Source: Thermodesulfobacteriota bacterium
GTDB taxonomy: Bacteria; Desulfobacterota; Desulfobacteria; Desulfobacterales; SURF-7
Length of the DNA stretch: 64,000 bases
Reading direction: 5' to 3'
NCBI GenBank assembly: GCA_049320885.1
Contig: JBMORA010000028.1
Coordinates: 1-64,000 of the forward strand
Part shown: piece by piece, positions 38,435 to 48,747 of the stretch
Numbering within the stretch: position 1 is the first letter of the stretch
Layout of the letters: each line of letters begins with the position of its first letter
Program-made: the position numbers and the translations under genes
Notes under the pieces: model-generated
Told to the model about the DNA's origin: nothing
The model's database searches: none
What the model saw: only the letters and a program-made list of their open reading frames with translations

Positions 38435-39160
38435 ATGAGACTGGCGGTTCTTTCCGATATCCACGCCAATTTGGAAGCCCTGGAGAAGGTCCTGGAAGAC
38501 ATCGACCGGTGCAACGTGGATGACACGATCACCCTGGGGGACAACATCGGATACGGTCCTGATCCGGACGGAGTCATCGATATTCTTTGCCGCCGGCAAG
38601 TGGGGACCATCATGGGAAACCATGAACTGGCGCTGAGCCGCCCCAATTATCTGGCCTGGTTCAACCCGGTGGCGCAGAAAGCCCTCGTGCGAACCATGGA
38701 AATGCTGTCTTCCGGAGCCATGGAATGGATCGCCGGCCTGGATGTCTCGATGGTCCGCCATGGGTTCCGGTTCGTCCACGGGTTTCCACCCGATTCCGCC
38801 ACCAGGTATCTTTTCCAGGTGGCGGCGGCTGATATGCCCAAAGTGTTCCAGGAACTGAAGGAGCCCGTCTGCTATATCGGCCATACCCATGAAGTGGCCA
38901 TGATTTCGTTTGACGGTGACGTGGTGGACTACCCCCGTCTGACCCCGGGTATCCACCGGTTGCAGCCGGATCACCGGTACATCATCAACGTCGGCAGCGT
39001 CGGCCAGCCCCGGGACCGGGACCGTAATGCAAAATATGTCATCATGGACACGGAACTACGGAGCATAGAACTTCGCATTGTCGAATACGACCGGCTGAAG
39101 ACCGCGGCAAAAATCATCCGCGCCGGACTGCCCAAACTATATGCCGACCGGTTGCTCTAG
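38435..39160 (+). CDS. Calcineurin-like metallophosphoesterase
   Basis: SDIHAN, GDNIGYG, GNHE, VHG, GHTH, NVGSVGQPRD. Confidence 0.9.
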   Translation: MRLAVLSDIHANLEALEKVLEDIDRCNVDDTITLGDNIGYGPDPDGVIDILCRRQVGTIMGNHELALSRPNYLAWFNPVAQKALVRTMEMLSSGAMEWIAGLDVSMVRHGFRFVHGFPPDSATRYLFQVAAADMPKVFQELKEPVCYIGHTHEVAMISFDGDVVDYPRLTPGIHRLQPDHRYIINVGSVGQPRDRDRNAKYVIMDTELRSIELRIVEYDRLKTAAKIIRAGLPKLYADRLL

Positions 39161-39189
39161 CCGCCTTGCGGGTCATCCAGGATGGGAAT

Positions 39190-40614
39190 GTGAGAACAAT
39201 CGACAAATACATCATCCGCGGACTCCTGGGACGCGGCGGGATGGGCAAGGTTTATAAGGTCGAAATCCCGGTGATATCCAAAATCGCCGCCCTGAAACAC
39301 CTGGACCCGAATCCATTCCTGGTCCGCATGATGGGGCTGGAGGCGATCCGGGATCTGTTTGTTGCCGAAGCCGTGACCATCGCCGGCCTGAGACATCCGG
39401 CCGTCGTGGATATCTGGGATTACGGTGAAACCGACGGCCGCCCCTTTTATCTGTTCGACCTCTATTCCAACAACCTGGGCACCGTCATCGGAGAAACCTA
39501 CCGCACCGAGGAACCGTCCCGCAGACTCCCCGTTGAAAAGGCCTTTGCGTATACCCGTCAGATTCTTGCCGGTCTCGACTGCCTGCATTCCGCGGGAATC
39601 GTCCATCGCGACATCAAACCGTTCAATATCCTGCTGACCGACCAGGACGGGGTTAAAATCGGCGACTTCGGGGCGTCGAAACTGCGGGGGGAGGTCCGGG
39701 AAGATCCCGCTGGACTGAAAATCGGAACGCCCTGGTATGCGGCCCCGGAGCAGGAAGCGGACCCCCGGCGGGCTGACGAACGCGCCGATCTGTATTCCAC
39801 CGGGGTCATGCTGTACCGGATGATCACCGGCAACCTGCCGTCGCTCGCCCTTTCCGAGGCCCATCCGGTGTTTTCCATCCCCGGCGTCCCCTGGAAGGAC
39901 TTTTTTACCCAAGCCCTGTCGCCGGCCCCGAACCAGCGCTATGCAAGCGCCGATGCCATGAAGAATGCCCTGGACGAGCTGCAACAATCCTGGGAGCTTC
40001 ATAAGGAGCAGATCTGCCATTTGCCAGACGAAGACCGGCCCGAAACCCGGGCCTTGAATTCCCCCCGGCCCGCGTCTTCCCGGAAAAAACCCATTAAAAC
40101 GCCGCGAAAGGCGGCCCGGGCCCTTTTTGAACTGGACCAGCGGTGGCAACCGTCCCGCCGGATCCAGAACGATTTCAGCTCCCATCCGGCGGGCTGCATC
40201 ATGGACCGGAGCACCGGACTGATCTGGCAGCAAAAAGGCTCCGCCTATCCCTTGAACTGGCACCGGGCCCAGGAGTATATTGCCCGATTGAATCATGCCG
40301 GCTTTGCCGGATACAGAACCTGGCGCCTGCCCACCGTGCCGGAACTGACCACCCTGCTGATGGCCGATCCCCAGCGGAACGGCCTGTGTATCGAACCGGT
40401 GTTCAACCCGGAGCAGAAATGGCTGTGGAGCTGCGACCGACAATCCTTCATTTCCGCCTGGTATGTCAGCCTGGAAATGGGATATGTCGCCTGGAATGAT
40501 TTTTCAGCCCATTATCATGTCAAGGGCGTGTGCGATGCGCTTCCTGTGGAACCCCGGGCGTCCGCAGACAGGCAGACATCCCAAGATTCCTTGATGGAAA
40601 GAGGTCGCTCATGA
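39190..40614 (+). CDS. Hanks-type Ser/Thr kinase with C-terminal DUF1566 (Lcl-like) domain
   Basis: GRGGMGKVY, HRDIKP.N, DFG, GTPWYAAPE; D.STGLIWQ, W..A..Y, WRLPTV.EL. Confidence 0.88.
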   Translation: MRTIDKYIIRGLLGRGGMGKVYKVEIPVISKIAALKHLDPNPFLVRMMGLEAIRDLFVAEAVTIAGLRHPAVVDIWDYGETDGRPFYLFDLYSNNLGTVIGETYRTEEPSRRLPVEKAFAYTRQILAGLDCLHSAGIVHRDIKPFNILLTDQDGVKIGDFGASKLRGEVREDPAGLKIGTPWYAAPEQEADPRRADERADLYSTGVMLYRMITGNLPSLALSEAHPVFSIPGVPWKDFFTQALSPAPNQRYASADAMKNALDELQQSWELHKEQICHLPDEDRPETRALNSPRPASSRKKPIKTPRKAARALFELDQRWQPSRRIQNDFSSHPAGCIMDRSTGLIWQQKGSAYPLNWHRAQEYIARLNHAGFAGYRTWRLPTVPELTTLLMADPQRNGLCIEPVFNPEQKWLWSCDRQSFISAWYVSLEMGYVAWNDFSAHYHVKGVCDALPVEPRASADRQTSQDSLMERGRS

Positions 40615-42107
40615 ACAAATTGCCACAAAAACCGGAAGGATCTGCACCAGAACGGGAAAACCACCTCAAGCGGCTGCACGCAGCGGAAGCGCGCTGCGAA
40701 CAGGCCGAAAAACTGGTCCAGGAAATCGAGAAGCGCAACCGCTTGCTGGGAGACAGCGCCCCCTTCGGTATTTTCACCATGGACATAACGGGTCACATCA
40801 CGGGCATGAACCGCAAAATGGAAGAAATGTTTCCCCGGACCGCCGGCGAAGGAACCGTGCTGGTCAACCTCTTTGAATTCCCACCCCTCCGGGAAGCCGG
40901 CATTGTTCAGGATGTTGAGCGCTGCATCGAACAGCGGCAAACCGTCATCAACAGCCATCCCTGCGTGAACGCCAACGGGAATTGCCTTCAGCTGCGCTAC
41001 ACGGTCAGTCCCGTATTGGACGACACGGGAACGGTGACAGGGGTTTTGGCCTTTGTGGAAGACATCACCAACCTGAAACTGGCGGAAGTGGCGATCCGGG
41101 AAAGCGAGGACCGCTACCGCTTGCTGTTTCAATCAGCGCCGGTGGCCCTGATCGAAAGGGACGCGTCCCTGCTCAAAATCCATCTGGAGACCCTGCGGAA
41201 GAACGGCGTTCAAGACTTCCACGCATACCTCACCGACAACCCCGAAGCCATCACCGCCTGCATGGGCATGATCCGGACGGTGGATTACAACGAAGCCTTC
41301 CTGAAGTTGATGGAGGCCCGGGACAGGGAAGAACTGGCCCAAGGTTTCCTGCCCGTTGATCCCGAGGAATACATTCGCATGGCCAGGGAGATCATCGTGA
41401 TGTGCGCCGACGGGAACCTTGCCCGCGAACGGGAGGAAACCGTTCGAACCATCAGGGGCAACGTCAAAAACGTGATCATCAAGTCCCTGCTGGTCACCGG
41501 CCATGAAGACACCTACGCCCGGATCGTCATTTCCCTGGTGGACATCAGCATGCGCAAACAGGCGGAGGAGGCCCTCCGCGCCAGCGAGCAGCATTTCCGG
41601 GAACAGGCCATGCGCGACATTTTGACCGGGCTTTACAACCGCCGCTATCTCTACCATTCCCTCGACGAATTGATCTCGGCGGCCAGACGGCTCCAATCCA
41701 CCGTTTCCGTTGTTTTCATGGACCTGGACGATTTCAAGAAGGTGGTGGACACCCACGGTCATCTGAACGGCAGCCGGGCCATTCAGGAAGTGGCCGCGAC
41801 CATCAACGCGACCATGGAGAAACCGGCCTATGCCGTGGCCTACGCCGGCGATGAATTCGTGCTGGTGCTTCCGGGTTACGAACAGGCCCGGGCCGAGGAA
41901 AAAGCGCGCCAGGTCCGCTCCCGGATCCGGGCAACAACATATCTTCGGGAACTCGGTATCTCCCTGCAGCTTCAGGCAAGTTTCGGCATCGCCACCTTTC
42001 CTTATCATGCCGCCGACATGAACGGGTTGCTGGCGTCGGCCGACAAGGCCTTGTTTTCCATCAAAGCCAAGGGCAAAAACGCCATCGGCTGGGCGGAGCC
42101 GGCCTAA
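40611..42107 (+). CDS. PAS-domain diguanylate cyclase (AGDEF variant)
   Basis: D.LTGLYNRR, DLDDFK.V.D.HGH..G, YAGDEF; ATGA overlap with kinase. Confidence 0.88.
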   Translation: MNKLPQKPEGSAPERENHLKRLHAAEARCEQAEKLVQEIEKRNRLLGDSAPFGIFTMDITGHITGMNRKMEEMFPRTAGEGTVLVNLFEFPPLREAGIVQDVERCIEQRQTVINSHPCVNANGNCLQLRYTVSPVLDDTGTVTGVLAFVEDITNLKLAEVAIRESEDRYRLLFQSAPVALIERDASLLKIHLETLRKNGVQDFHAYLTDNPEAITACMGMIRTVDYNEAFLKLMEARDREELAQGFLPVDPEEYIRMAREIIVMCADGNLAREREETVRTIRGNVKNVIIKSLLVTGHEDTYARIVISLVDISMRKQAEEALRASEQHFREQAMRDILTGLYNRRYLYHSLDELISAARRLQSTVSVVFMDLDDFKKVVDTHGHLNGSRAIQEVAATINATMEKPAYAVAYAGDEFVLVLPGYEQARAEEKARQVRSRIRATTYLRELGISLQLQASFGIATFPYHAADMNGLLASADKALFSIKAKGKNAIGWAEPA

Positions 42108-42148
42108 ACCCGGTCCGATTCAATGGCTGGAAGCATGAACGAAAGGGA

Positions 42149-43060
42149 TTACCATTTTTTATACCGCCAGAAGGCGAAAAAACCGGCAACCGAAATAGCG
42201 GCCAGCAATAGAATCCCGTAAAAGGCATAGCCGAGTCCGGAAAAAGGAATCGGCACATTCATCGAGAAGGCGCTGACCACGAAGGTGGGAACCATGATGG
42301 CGATGGTGATGATGTTCAATGTCTTCATCAGGATGTTCAAGTTGTTGCTGACAATGGAAGCCCTCGCATCCATCATGCTGGATAGAATATTGGAATAAAT
42401 CTCGGCGATGCGGTAACACTGGCTGTTATCGATGGACAGGTCCTCCACCATTTCCTTTTCCAGCTCGTTGAGCTGGATCTTCTGGGTGTTGGTGAGTCGC
42501 TGCAGCAACATGCCATTGGAATTAATGGCATTCAGGTAGTACACGAGCCCCTTGCTGAGAGAAAACATGAAAATCAGGTATTTGTTTTCCATGGACTGGT
42601 TGATCTTGTTTTCCAGGTCGTCGGAAATCTGATTGATGATACGCAGATGTTCCATAAAATGATAGATGCAGTACCCCAACAGTTTGAGAAGCAGGGATTT
42701 CAGGCTGGTGATCTTGGCGAACCGTTTTTCGGCCGCAAAGGGGATATCGGTATCCGAAACAATGAGGATTTTGTTGTCAAACAGAAAAATTCCCATGGAA
42801 GAAACCTGGAACTTGAACATGTCGTCACTGGAATAGCTTTTCGGTTTCTTCACGATCAAGGCGACATGATCGGTCTCGAACTCGATGCGGGAGATCTCAT
42901 CCGGATCCAAGGCCGACTGCAGGGTGTGCTCGTCCAGATGCTCCCTGCCGATCAGGGTTTTCCTTTCCTCTTCGGTGGGGTTCAGAATCAAAAAGACAAC
43001 CGCCCGTTCCGGCTCGGAAACGACAATTTTTCGGTCTTCGATGGTATAATATTGAATCAT
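42149..43060 (-). CDS. corA: CorA family divalent cation transporter
   Basis: ALDPDE.SRIE, NN.LN.LMK.L, two C-terminal TM helices with FSMNV, KKW end. Confidence 0.85.
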   Translation of the reverse strand: MIQYYTIEDRKIVVSEPERAVVFLILNPTEEERKTLIGREHLDEHTLQSALDPDEISRIEFETDHVALIVKKPKSYSSDDMFKFQVSSMGIFLFDNKILIVSDTDIPFAAEKRFAKITSLKSLLLKLLGYCIYHFMEHLRIINQISDDLENKINQSMENKYLIFMFSLSKGLVYYLNAINSNGMLLQRLTNTQKIQLNELEKEMVEDLSIDNSQCYRIAEIYSNILSSMMDARASIVSNNLNILMKTLNIITIAIMVPTFVVSAFSMNVPIPFSGLGYAFYGILLLAAISVAGFFAFWRYKKW

Positions 43061-43295
43061 GTTGAATGCCTCATGTATCGCACGCCGATAGACCCGACCG
43101 GACAAACCCGCACTTCCCGATCCTTTTCTCACAGACCCGGAAAAATCGCAAGATTTCTGATGGGTTCATGACGGAACCGGCGACATTATGGATTCCCATC
43201 CGTGTCCGGCTGTGGTATTATCCTGAAAATTTTCCTTGTGGGAAAGGTGAAAAAATACGGATCATTATCCCCCCCCCAAAAAACAGGAGGAGCCC

Positions 43296-44138
43296 ATGGG
43301 CAACAACCCCTTTACCCATCGAATTGTCTTGGTCGGCATGCTGATGACCCTCGCCGGTACATGGGCGTACGGTCTGGAAACCACAGCCGGATTGCGGGAA
43401 GTCTCCACCGGAGATGAGCATTATTTCGTCCGCGAAATCAACGGCAAAGAACAGAAGAACGGACCGTACACGAAATTTCACGAGAACGGACAAAAACTCA
43501 TGGAGGGAAATTACAGCGAAGGACGCAAAGAGGGCAAATGGTCCTACTGGAGCGATGACGGAAAATGTATCAAGGAGGAATCCTATCTGGACGGTAAAAA
43601 GCACGGCCAATGGAGCGAATGGTATTTCAACGGGAAAAAGCGCTTTGAAATGGAATATCGGGACGACAAGCCGGTGGGAACCCGGCAGGAATGGCACATG
43701 GACGGCAGCAGGAAATCCGAAACCGTCTACACGCACAATGGGAACGATTTGTCGGCGGTTCAAACCGGCTGGTACACCAACGGCAAGCAGGAGTCCAGGG
43801 CGGAATACGTCAACGGCCGATTGAACGGTGTGGAGACCCGCTGGTATCCCAACGGACAAAAGAAAAGCGAGTTTCACTATCAAAACGGGCAACGCAACGG
43901 TCGGTGTGAAGAATGGCATGACAACGGCAAACCGAAATCCGCCGACACGTTTGTCCTGGGGAAAAAAACCGGACGGTCAACGGAATGGTTCGAAAACGGT
44001 CAAAAAAAATCCGAAGGCTCTTATGACAGCGGCAAGCAGGGTCTATGGACCTTCTATGACCAGACCGGGAAAATTGAGAGGCAGATCCGCTATCGGAACG
44101 GCCTGGTCATGCCGGACGATGATAAAACCGATGAATAG
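43296..44138 (+). CDS. Secreted MORN-variant (YwqK-like) repeat protein
   Basis: Signal peptide; repeated W(Y/H).NG.K..E..Y..G...G units. Confidence 0.82.
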   Translation: MGNNPFTHRIVLVGMLMTLAGTWAYGLETTAGLREVSTGDEHYFVREINGKEQKNGPYTKFHENGQKLMEGNYSEGRKEGKWSYWSDDGKCIKEESYLDGKKHGQWSEWYFNGKKRFEMEYRDDKPVGTRQEWHMDGSRKSETVYTHNGNDLSAVQTGWYTNGKQESRAEYVNGRLNGVETRWYPNGQKKSEFHYQNGQRNGRCEEWHDNGKPKSADTFVLGKKTGRSTEWFENGQKKSEGSYDSGKQGLWTFYDQTGKIERQIRYRNGLVMPDDDKTDE

Positions 44139-46593
44139 ACACCGCATGCCGGTCGGCGAAAACCGAATTGGGAAGATGATGGGCAAGGGGAAGCAGAAAA
44201 TAAGCATTCAAAGACTTTTCCGGCGGGGCATGATGGTTTCGGTCCTGTTTTCCATCGGGCTCCTGAACCTGATCTGGCTGGAAAATGAATATTCGGCTTT
44301 TGTTTCCGAATCCGAATCCGTCCGCGCCGATTATCTGAGCAGGCAGCAGAACCAGCTCCGAAAAGAGGTGCGGGATGTGGTGGCGTATATCCAGTACATG
44401 AAAGCCCAGACGGAAACCCGGTTGAAAACCTCCATTCGGAACAGGGTTTACGAGGCTTGCCAGGTGGCCCAATACCTGCATGAACAACATTCGGCCGGCA
44501 AATCGCCGGACGAAATCAAAAAGATGATCAAGGACGCCCTGCGTCCGGTGCGCTTCAACAACGGCCGCGGTTATTATTTCGCCTTTACCCTGGACGGCAT
44601 CGAGGAATTGTTCGCCGACCGCCCGGAAATGGAAGGCAGGGACATGCTCGAGGTCCAGGGCGCAAGCGGGGAATATGTTGTCAGGGACATGATAGCCCTC
44701 ATCCGCGACCAGGGGGAAGGCTTCTACCAGTATACCTGGTCCAAGCCCAATCAGGCCCGGGGGCATTACCCGAAAATCGCTTTCGTCAAATTGTTCGAGC
44801 CTTTTGGCTGGGGAATCGGCACGGGCGAATACCTGGATGACGTGGAAGCCGAAATCCAGGACGAAGCCCTGGAACGCATCGTCACCCTGCGATTCGGCGA
44901 GGAGGGCTATTTCTTCGGCAGCGTATACGGCGGCGCGCCCCTGTTCACCAACGGCAGGATCACCAGAGGAAGCGCCTCCATCTGGGAACTGACGGATCCG
45001 GACGGCGTCAAAATCATCCAGGAGCAGCAGAAAGCGGCGGGCAAGCCGGAAGGAGGGTTCGTCTTCTACAGCTGGAATAAACTGAACTCCGCCTCCCCCT
45101 CCCCCAAAATGTCTTTTGTCATGGGGGTTCCGGAATGGAAATGGATCATCGGCGCCGGTCTGTATATCGACACCGTGGAAGCCAAGATCGCCGCCAATGA
45201 AACCCTGCTCCGGAAAAAACTTCTGGAATCCATCCTCAAGAGCGGAATCATTCTTGTCCTGCTGTTACTCGTCATCTTTGTCTGGGTCCATCACCAGGCC
45301 AATCGAATTCGAAGCGGATTGCGGATCTTTTCCGATTTCTTCCAGAAAGCCGCCACCGAACTCAGCCCCATGAATCCGACGGTCCTCCCCTTTCAGGAAT
45401 TCGATGAAATCGCCGTTTCCGTGAACCGGATGCTTCAGGACCGCGGGGAAGTGGAAGCCCATCTGAAAGCAAGTGAGGAACGCTTCCGCACCCTGGTGGA
45501 ACAGGCCGGGGATGCCATCTATTTCGCCGATTTTTCAACCGGCGCGCTGCTGGACGTGAACCAGGCGGCGGTCCGGGAGCTGGGATATTCCCGGGAGGAG
45601 CTCCTCGGCATGCACGTCATGAATATTGACGGGGAGTTCACGAAATATGAAAGCGTGAAAACGCTGTGGGAAAAATTGACCCCCGGCCAGCCGGTCACCT
45701 TTGAAAGCAAGCACACCCGTAGGGACGGCTCGGTTTTTCCGGTGGAAATCCGCATCGGCCTCATCGAAATCCAGGGCAGGCATGGCGTCCTGGGCATCGC
45801 CCGCAACATAACGGAGCGCAACCATCTCCTGCAGCAGGTCCAGCAGGCCCACAAAATGGAGGCCATCGGAACCCTGGCGGGCGGGATCGCGCATGATTTC
45901 AACAATATTCTGGGAATCATCATCGGCAATGCGGAACTGGCCGTCGACGATGTTCCGGACTGGAACCCGGCCCGCTCGTTTTTGGAGGAAATCCGCAAGG
46001 CGAGCCTGAGAGCCAAGGAGGTGGTCCGCCAGATCCTCAGTTTCAGCCGCATGAACGAGGAACGGCGGGAGCCGCTCGACATCCTTCCGATCATCCAGGA
46101 ATCCATCCAGATGTTGCGCTCCATCATTCCGGCCGATATCGAATTCCGCGCCCACCTGCCCGCGGAATGTCCGGCCGTGATGGCGGATGCCACTCAAATC
46201 CACCAGATCATGATCAACCTCTGCACCAACGCCGCCCATGCCATGGAAACAAGCGGCGGGGTTCTGGATATCATCCTGGCGGAAATCCAGGTGACAGGGG
46301 AGGACCTGAGACCGGGGGACGAAACCCTGCCGGGGGCCTATCTGCGCCTGACCATCCGCGATACCGGCCCGGGCATCGCCCCGGAACATCTGCCGCGGAT
46401 CTTCGATCCCTATTTCACCACCAAGGAGATCGGAAAAGGATCGGGCATGGGGCTGGCAGTGGTTCATGGGATCGTCAAACGCCACAACGGATTTATCCGG
46501 GTGAACAGCCAAGTGGATCAGGGAACCGCCATGGATGTATACCTGCCGGTGATTTCAGACAAGAGTTGTCCGTTGCCGCAAGGGAGCCACTGA
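44131..46593 (+). CDS. Cache/PAS sensor histidine kinase
   Basis: TM, RF..GRGYYF and Y.W.KP Cache motifs twice, PAS, AHDFNNIL, DTGPGI, FDPYFTTK; start uncertain. Confidence 0.9.
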   Translation: MNRHRMPVGENRIGKMMGKGKQKISIQRLFRRGMMVSVLFSIGLLNLIWLENEYSAFVSESESVRADYLSRQQNQLRKEVRDVVAYIQYMKAQTETRLKTSIRNRVYEACQVAQYLHEQHSAGKSPDEIKKMIKDALRPVRFNNGRGYYFAFTLDGIEELFADRPEMEGRDMLEVQGASGEYVVRDMIALIRDQGEGFYQYTWSKPNQARGHYPKIAFVKLFEPFGWGIGTGEYLDDVEAEIQDEALERIVTLRFGEEGYFFGSVYGGAPLFTNGRITRGSASIWELTDPDGVKIIQEQQKAAGKPEGGFVFYSWNKLNSASPSPKMSFVMGVPEWKWIIGAGLYIDTVEAKIAANETLLRKKLLESILKSGIILVLLLLVIFVWVHHQANRIRSGLRIFSDFFQKAATELSPMNPTVLPFQEFDEIAVSVNRMLQDRGEVEAHLKASEERFRTLVEQAGDAIYFADFSTGALLDVNQAAVRELGYSREELLGMHVMNIDGEFTKYESVKTLWEKLTPGQPVTFESKHTRRDGSVFPVEIRIGLIEIQGRHGVLGIARNITERNHLLQQVQQAHKMEAIGTLAGGIAHDFNNILGIIIGNAELAVDDVPDWNPARSFLEEIRKASLRAKEVVRQILSFSRMNEERREPLDILPIIQESIQMLRSIIPADIEFRAHLPAECPAVMADATQIHQIMINLCTNAAHAMETSGGVLDIILAEIQVTGEDLRPGDETLPGAYLRLTIRDTGPGIAPEHLPRIFDPYFTTKEIGKGSGMGLAVVHGIVKRHNGFIRVNSQVDQGTAMDVYLPVISDKSCPLPQGSH

Positions 46594-46602
46594 AAGGATA
46601 AC

Positions 46603-48747
46603 ATGACAAAACAGAGACTCACCCGCTTGGTCGTGATCGCCCTGATCGCGCTGCTGACCTACTGCTTTCTGGCCTACGACCTGGGCCGTTTTCTGACCCT
46701 GGCGTATCTGAAAAACCGTCAGCAGGCTTTTCTGGATGTTTATGCCAGCCATCCGGTGATGACCCCGGCGGTCTATATGGGGATCTACATCCTGACCACC
46801 GCCCTCTCCCTTCCGGGAGCGGTCGTGCTCACCCTGGCGGGGGGCGCCCTGTTCGGTCTGTTCACCGGAGTCGTCCTGGTTTCCTTCGCCAGCACCATCG
46901 GCGCCACCCTGGCATTCCTGGCTTCCCGCCTTTTATTGCGCGATTTCGTCCAGAAACGATTCGGGGACAAACTTGCCGCGGTCAATAAAGGCATCGACCG
47001 GGACGGCGAACTCTATCTGTTTACCCTGCGCCTGGTGCCGCTGTTCCCATTTTTCGTGATCAACCTGGTCATGGGCCTGACGTCCATCCGCGTCGCCCGG
47101 TTTTATGCGGTCAGTCAACTGGGCATGCTGGCCGGCACCATCGTTTATGTCAACGCCGGGACCCAGCTGGCCGGAATCGATTCCCTGCAGGGGATTCTGT
47201 CTCCCGGCCTGTTGCTGTCGTTTGCCCTGCTGGGAATCTTTCCCATCGGCGCCAAAAAGCTGGCGGCTCTGCTCAAGACCCGCCGGACCCTTGGACGGTA
47301 TTCAAAACCCCCGCGCTTCGATTACAACCTGGTGGTGATCGGCGCCGGCTCCGCCGGTCTGGTGACCGCCTACATCGCCGCAGCCGTCCGCGCCGAGGTC
47401 GCTCTCATTGAGAAGCACCGGATGGGCGGCGATTGCCTCCATACCGGCTGCGTACCGAGCAAAGCGCTGATCCGTTCGGCGAGGATCCTGTCGCTGGGCC
47501 GCCGCGCCCGGGAATTCGGCCTGGAATCCATCCAATTGGAATTTGATTTCGCAAAGGTCATGGAACGGGTGCGGGAGGTGATCCGAAAGATCGAACCCCA
47601 TGATTCGGTGGAACGCTACACCGGGCTGGGGGTCCGGGTCTTCGAAGGAGAAGCCCGGGTGCTCACCCCCTATGAGGTGGAAGTAGACGGACGGCGGTTG
47701 ACCACCCGCAACATCGTCATCGCAACCGGCGCCCGGCCCGTGGTGCCGCCCATCAAGGGAATCGAACAAATCCCCTACCTGACCTCGGATAATCTCTGGG
47801 AAATCCGCGAACTGCCCCGGCGCCTGATCGTGCTGGGCGGCGGACCCATCGGCTGTGAACTGACCCAGGCCTTCGCCCGCTTCGGCTCCCGGGTGACCCA
47901 GGTGGAGATGACCCCGCGCATCCTTCCCCGGGAAGATCCGGAAATCAGTGACCTGATGCTACAGCGCTTTGCATCCGAAGACATCCGGGTGTTGACCGGG
48001 CACCGGGCCCTGGAAGTGCTGGTGGACAAGGGTCGGAAAATCCTGGTGTGTGACCACCGGGGAGGGCTCGTCCGGTTGGAATTCGACGAAATATTGATTG
48101 CCGTGGGGCGCATCGCCAACACCAGCGGGTTCGGCCTGGAGGAACTCGGTATAACCGTCGCCCGGAATGGCGCGCTGGAAACGGATCCCTTCCTGCGAAC
48201 CAATTTCCCGAACATCTATTGCGCCGGTGACGTGACCGGCCCCTATCAATTCACCCACGCCGCGGCCCATCAGGCCTGGTATGCGGCGGTGAATTCCCTG
48301 TTCGGCGGGCTGAAACGCTTTCCGGTGGATTATCGGGTGATTCCCTGGTGCACCTTTACGGACCCGGAAGTGGCCCGGGTGGGAATCAATGAAACCGAAG
48401 CCCGGGAAAAGGGCATTCCCCATGAAGTCACCCGTTACGGCCTGGAGGATCTGGACCGGGCCATCGCCGATGCCGAGGATCGCGGCCTGGTGAAAGTACT
48501 GACCCCGCCGGGCAAGGACAAGATTGTAGGCGTAACCATCGTCGGCCCCCATGCCGGCGACCTTCTCGCCGAGTATGTCCTGGCCATGAAACACGGTCTT
48601 GGGCTCAACAAAATTCTGGGAACCATCCATATTTATCCGACCCTGGCGGAAGCCAACAAATACGCGGCCGGCGCCTGGAAAAAAGCCCATGCGCCGGAAA
48701 AACTGCTCCGCTGGGTGGAAAAATACCATGCCTGGAGGAGAACATGA
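46603..48747 (+). CDS. DedA/VTT domain fused to pyridine nucleotide-disulfide oxidoreductase (LpdA/MerA-like)
   Basis: LSLPGA..LTL.GG, LRLVP.FPF; GAGSAG, GGDCLHTGCVPSK, GGGPIG.E, HIYPT; no C-terminal Cys pair. Confidence 0.9.
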   Translation: MTKQRLTRLVVIALIALLTYCFLAYDLGRFLTLAYLKNRQQAFLDVYASHPVMTPAVYMGIYILTTALSLPGAVVLTLAGGALFGLFTGVVLVSFASTIGATLAFLASRLLLRDFVQKRFGDKLAAVNKGIDRDGELYLFTLRLVPLFPFFVINLVMGLTSIRVARFYAVSQLGMLAGTIVYVNAGTQLAGIDSLQGILSPGLLLSFALLGIFPIGAKKLAALLKTRRTLGRYSKPPRFDYNLVVIGAGSAGLVTAYIAAAVRAEVALIEKHRMGGDCLHTGCVPSKALIRSARILSLGRRAREFGLESIQLEFDFAKVMERVREVIRKIEPHDSVERYTGLGVRVFEGEARVLTPYEVEVDGRRLTTRNIVIATGARPVVPPIKGIEQIPYLTSDNLWEIRELPRRLIVLGGGPIGCELTQAFARFGSRVTQVEMTPRILPREDPEISDLMLQRFASEDIRVLTGHRALEVLVDKGRKILVCDHRGGLVRLEFDEILIAVGRIANTSGFGLEELGITVARNGALETDPFLRTNFPNIYCAGDVTGPYQFTHAAAHQAWYAAVNSLFGGLKRFPVDYRVIPWCTFTDPEVARVGINETEAREKGIPHEVTRYGLEDLDRAIADAEDRGLVKVLTPPGKDKIVGVTIVGPHAGDLLAEYVLAMKHGLGLNKILGTIHIYPTLAEANKYAAGAWKKAHAPEKLLRWVEKYHAWRRT

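Noticed and set aside
43296..44138. YwqK-like protein as antitoxin of a TA or polymorphic toxin system
   Set aside because: No adjacent toxin; has a signal peptide; generic MORN-variant repeats
46603..48747. Mercuric reductase, or the missing E3 for the SCP2-E1 enzyme
   Set aside because: No C-terminal Cys pair or mer genes; 16 kb away in a different operon, with no E2 in view
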